NCBI GenBank assembly: GCA_030704615.1
Contig: CM060732.1
Span: 9,052,001 to 9,116,000, forward strand
Reading direction: 5' to 3'
DNA: 64,000 bases
Source of the DNA: Takakia lepidozioides
Taxonomy: Eukaryota; Plantae; Bryophyta
Part shown: one piece after another, positions 59,071-64,000 of the stretch
Layout: every line of letters starts with the position of its first letter
Numbering within the stretch: the stretch's first letter is position 1
Program-made: the position numbers and the translations under genes
The notes under the pieces: generated by a model
Databases searched by the model: none
What the model saw: the letters and a program-made list of their open reading frames with translations, nothing else
Told to the model about the DNA's origin: nothing

Positions 59071-62000
59071 TTGTACTCATAGGACGTTGTTTGCCGTAGC
59101 CTTGTGGCCATTGACCCCGCGCCCAGTTTGAGCGGGAACAAAAGGGACAGAACCTACCTCTGTCAGGGGCTGACGTTGGTAGTGTGACTTACCATCATAT
59201 ATAGAATTAATCCGGTTTTCCAGATATCCTAGAAATCCCTTCACACAAGCATCAATCTGCTGTGTGTGATTTGCCCAAAAACTAGGCATCAGGAGGGCCT
59301 GGGCTTTTGGCTCAGCCTCGAGGCTTTCAAAGTGTTAAAACAGGGGTACAGGCACAATTCCCTTGATAGATTGAAAGAGAGCGTCTCTTAGGTGAGAGAA
59401 ACCCGGACAGTGTATCAGAAAGTGAATACTGTCTTCAGATTGCCCACACAGCGGGCAATTGGCACTCTCCCTTTCCTCTCTGCTTCTGTTTGCAGGTAGG
59501 CTTCCTGCCCTGAGTTTAAATTTCAGTCTAGTGCCGAGTAGATCCTTGAGGTCATAGATGTCCTCCCCATGTCACTGACTGGAAACAAGTTCAGGGAAGT
59601 TTTCTGCCTAACTTCATTTTCATCAGACAATCTCATGGCAACAGACATGGCTGAGGACACTACAGCCTCTAAGTCAGATTTATCCAGCAGGGTCAAGACT
59701 TGCGGATCCAGGTCCTTGAGAATCTCTTCTACTCTTCTGCCAGGACTTAGCCTGTTTGACAGGGCGGTCCTGTTTCCAAGATATAGAGTCGATTAACTTA
59801 GGATATCTGGTGTTGGGCATATGTTGCAGCTGACCCCACCATCTGACCTTGAATTCATCTCGTCGGGAGCTTAAGGACGGAATGCCAAACTCACCCCAAA
59901 CAGCCACATTGGCTGTTTTGGAGCAGGCTGACATACACTCCTTAAGCACCCCCACTTGAATGGATTCTAGAGACTTAGCCTGGTTAGAGTTATCAACCCA
60001 TATAGCAGATCCGTACTCCAAGGCAGGTCTAATAACGCGACAAAGCTATGGTTTTCTTAACCTCAGAGGTGACCCTCTGCAGTGGAAAAAATTTAGTGAG
60101 CCCCAGAGCTTTGCCCTTGCCAGTTTGAACAACTTTCCGGATATGTGCATCCCAATTACAATTGGAGGAAAACTCAACGCCCAGGTAAGTGTAGGAAGGG
60201 AGGACCGGGATCTCTTGGCTACCCCACTGCCACTTAAGATCACTTCCTCCCTCTCCTCTGTCGTTGAATGCTACCACTGCACATTTGCTGACATAAGCCT
60301 CTAGCCCCCAAAGATCAAAGTATCTCTTCGCGCAATCAATCAACTCCTGGAGATTGGTTGGAGTCTCCCCTATGCCCGCGAAGTCATCCGCAAACATAAG
60401 GGCTGGTATGGTGGTATCACCCACCCTTAACCCAAATCCCTCCCTTTCCACATCCTCGAGGAGTTGATTGATGAAAACATTGAAGAGCAGAGGGGAGAGA
60501 GAGAGTACATCCTTGAGCTACACCTTGGTCTATGTCAAAGAAGTGGACTTCTGTCCGTTAACAGTGACACAGCTTTTGGTGTGAGCATACAAGTTGTGGA
60601 CAACTCTCCACATCTTTCCCTTGATCCCACAAGACCAGAGGCGGAACCATAGGCCATCTCTCCACACTGTGTCATAAGCCTTTTTGACATCCAGGAAAAA
60701 GACATAAGTGGGTTTCCCTTCTTTTTTCCTTCCCTGGATAATCTGGCTTAGAGTGAAGATATGATCCACACAGCCCCTGTTTCGCCGAAAGCCAGCTTGG
60801 CCTTCGTGGAAACAACCTCTAGACTCCAGATCAACCTCGAGACGAGTACTTATAACTCTGCAGAATGTCTTGCCAACAGCATTGAGGAGCGTGATGCCAC
60901 GGTAGTTCCCCGGTTCTTCTCTGTCACCCTTCTTGTATAGATTGACAATGACCCCTGTCGCCAGCGAAAGGGGATCATTTCAGTCTTCCAGATAAGGTTA
61001 AAGAGGAGAACTAGGGCCTCTATCATGGGATCGCCACCGTGCTTGATAAGCTCGTTGACAATACCATCAGGTCCACCAGCTTTATATCCATTTAAATGTT
61101 CAATTGCTTCCACAATCTCAGAAGAACTAATGGGAGCATTATAAGCCATTGAAATATACTCCAGTTCATCAGGGCTGTTTTGAATCATAGGAACAGTTTT
61201 TCCAACTGTGTCCCTCCATTCAGCAGAAGACCCCTCACTGTTAGACCTAGAAGTTCTGCCAAGGATACTGTAGTGAGTTTCAAAGGTTTTGACAATGTCA
61301 ACCGATGAAGTCACCACTGCACCTTTAGTAGTCTTCAGTGCATGTACTTGCTGACCGTTTTTCGGTTTGTACAAACGTTGAAGGGCCAACCAGAATTTCT
61401 TGTCATTACCACCATGGTGGTTTGAGTTTATTTCACTGTATAACTTGTCCCAGTATAATTTCTTCTGAGACCTAACAAGCTGATTGATATCTTTACGGAG
61501 CTGGTAGTACCTCGCCCACAATTCTCTGTTGGTTTCCAAATTGCAGCACACTCTTTATAGAGGGCTCGTCTCTCAGCTATCTTGAGTTTAATCTCATTAG
61601 TCCACCAATTAACTGCTCTACCGCAGACAATTAGTTTCCTCCCAATGATCTTGTCAGCCACGGAGGAAACAAAACTCCCAAGAGTCCACTGCTCTTTCGA
61701 CTTCATTTCTTGCGTTAACAGAGCGTGACTGAAGTTCTTGGAGCGATTGGACAAAATGAGGGAGAGCCTCTTGCAAGGCCTGGACGTACTCAGCCTTGAC
61801 CTCCTCATTGTGGAATTTTTCTATGCGCCACTTCCGAATTGAACGTTTCACAGATCTCTTGGTGGTGGGAAAACACTTTTGATCTCAGTCCAAACCAGGA
61901 AGTGGTCAGAGGTACCAATATCAGTTCTGTCGATCAACACATTGGCACACTGGGGGAACAAAATTTTGTCCATTATGATATAGTCCACAATGGAACGTTC

Positions 62001-63312
62001 CCCAGTTTGGGTTTCCTCACGAATCCACTGCACTTGGTCACCTCTTGTCCTGTTATTCAAGGTCAAAAGCTGAAGCTCTTCTAGACAGTTAATTAACCGT
62101 CTGCCATTAGAATTCAGCTCGTCCTCACCAAAAGGTCCAATGATATCGTCCTGATGGATCCCTTTGCCCACCCGGCATTGAAGTCCCCCAATAGTACCAC
62201 CTGACCTTTGGCAAGGAACGAAGCACAGTCCAGCTTTACATCTTCGAAGGCCTTGTCTGCGTCAGCACTAAGGGTCCCCTCTGTGGGCATGTAAACACAA
62301 CCAACAAAGAGGTCCTTTGTACTCATGCCGCCCTTCAAATTCAGTTTTAGCCAGATACTATGCTCGTACCTCAAACCCTTGTTGATAATTTCACATTGTC
62401 AAACAAGAAATCACGGACAAAGAATCCGACCCCTTTTTGACCGCGTTTGGCAGAGGCTGCCTTGAGAGTACACATCTTACCTGCCCATTTATAACCAATG
62501 ACATCTCCAACCAGTTTATCCGACGTTTCCCATGTTTCTTGCCCAGCACAGATATGAATATCATTAGTCCGAAAGAACTTGTCCCACTTCAAGTTGTTTC
62601 CTTTGGTTGGTCAACCCTGAGAAGTTGAAAGTGGCCAGCCGCAAGCCAGCCCTTTGCGTGTGAATTGTTTGTTTGTCGTCTAGGTAGCTTGTGATTGCTC
62701 CTGGACGGCCAACCGTTCTGCAAAGGGGGGACAGTTACCCCATGTGTAGATTTTGCTCGTCTTGTGTAAACTTTGAGAATTGGTAAACCATTCAGGGTAC
62801 CAAATCTTTCAGTTACACGACGCACAGGCTCCGCACACATAGGGGCAGATTGTCCGTCAGACTGCTTGGGGACAATTACCCCGTGTATAGATTTTGCTCG
62901 TCTTGTGTAGACTTTGAGGATTGGTAAACCATTTAGAGTACCAAATCCTTCAGTTACACGACGTTCAGGCTCTGCACACTTAGGGACAGATTGTCCATCT
63001 GACGGCTTGGGGACAATTACCCCGTGTATAGAATTTGTTCGTCTTGTGTAAACCTTGAGGATTGGCAAACCATTCAGAGTACCAAATCCTTCAGATTCAG
63101 GACGTTCAGGTTCCGTACACTTAGGGGCATCTTGTCCTTCTGGCTGTTTGGATTCAACCTCATCCAGAGCATCAAACCGATTAGAAACTCTCAAGTTGAA
63201 GTTGTTGCCCTTGGTTGTCTTCCTAGAGCGCCCCATTGAATCACCAATGTCTAAGACCGCTCTCCAGCCAGTCAAGGGACGAACTTCTTTGAGATTGAAT
63301 TGATGCCGGACT

Positions 63313-63315
<3 letters not shown>
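59071..63315 (-). mobile_element. Non-LTR retrotransposon (APE endonuclease + RT + C-terminal CCHC-like finger), near full length, frameshifted; clade not determined
   Basis: APE motifs AGQETW, GCVYMP, LLGDFNA, SIVDYII and TSDH. RT motifs KAGGPDGIVNELIK, FLDVKKAYDTVWRDGL, LMFADDF and YTYLGVEF. CPLC..E...HFL.HCP. The ORF ends ~10 nt from a (CT)n tail. Confidence 0.92.
62730..63130 (-). repeat. 141-bp (47-aa) tandem repeat x~3 in the LINE N-terminal coding region
   Basis: PKC.EPER..TEGFGTLNGLPILKVYTRR.KSIHGVIVPK.SDGQS occurs three times; the gaca(a/g)ttacc anchor is at 62730, 62871 and 63012. Confidence 0.9.
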
Positions 63316-63364
<49 letters not shown>

Positions 63365-64000
63365 CTCATAAAGACGTTGTTTGCCGTAGCCTTGTGCCAT
63401 TGACCCCGCGCCCAGTTTGAGCGGGAACAAAAGGGACAGAACCTACCTCTGTCAGGGGCTCACGTTGGTAGTAAGACTTACCTCCATATAAAGAATTAAT
63501 CCGGGTTTTCCAGATATCCTCTAGAAATCCCTTCACACAAGCATCAATCTGCTGTGTGTGATTTGCCCAAAAACTAGGCCTCAGGAGGGCCTGGGCTTTT
63601 GGCTCAGCCTCGAGACTTTCAAAATTGTTAAACAGGGGTACAGGCACAATTCCCTTGATAGAATTGAAGAGAGCGTCTCTTTGGTGAGAGAACCCCGGAC
63701 AGTGTATCAGAAAATGAATACTGTCTTCAGATTGCCCACACAACGGGCAATTGCACTCTCCCTTTCCTCTCTGCTTCTGTTTGCTGTTCAAAGGTAGGCT
63801 TCCTGCCCTGAGTTTAAATTTCAGTCTAGTGCCGAGAGTGGGTAGACCCTTGAGGTCATCCAAGATGTCCTCCCCCATGTCACAGACTGGAAACAAGTTC
63901 AGGGAAGTTTTCTGCCTAACTTCATTTTCATCAGACAATCTCATGGCAACAGACATGGCTGAGGACACTACAGCCTCTAAGTCAGATTTATCCAGCAGGG
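63316..64000 (-). mobile_element. (GA)n tract 63316-63359 followed by the 3' end of another copy of the same LINE (runs off the window)
   Basis: 63360-64000 is nearly identical to 59071-59690. ORF 63366-63968. Confidence 0.92.

Overview
Eukaryotic, TE-dense plant DNA. The PLS-E-DYW PPR remnants, intron style and TE families suggest a non-seed land plant (bryophyte, lycophyte or fern; inference). One intact host gene is present: a 9-exon NAD+ carrier of the mitochondrial carrier family (NDT-type, 17671-24581). The rest comprises a scrambled PPR-DYW pseudogene, CACTA remnants, a five-layer nest of Ty3/Gypsy and Mutator-like elements (about 25.4-57.3 kb) and a tandem array of a (CT)n-associated LINE. 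The main finding is an ~11 kb Mutator-like transposon present twice; the complete copy (38957-49942) has a 9-bp TSD. It encodes a GCM-zinc-finger/DDE/SWIM transposase and, divergently, a spliced ~1000-aa cargo gene fusing a ParB/Srx-like domain (WDGNHR) to a beta-class amino (N6A/N4C) DNA-methyltransferase-like domain with a DIPD variant of the DPPY motif. Each copy carries about 14-16 copies of a 26-bp palindrome (TCAACCTTGCGT-CA-ACGCAAGGTTGA), found in introns and non-coding DNA. Two more divergent homologues of the MTase cargo occur at 1-1559 and next to a CACTA transposase. A second oddity is a Gypsy element whose asymmetric ends match what integration from a circle junction would produce. 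All coordinates were read by eye and no database searches were run.
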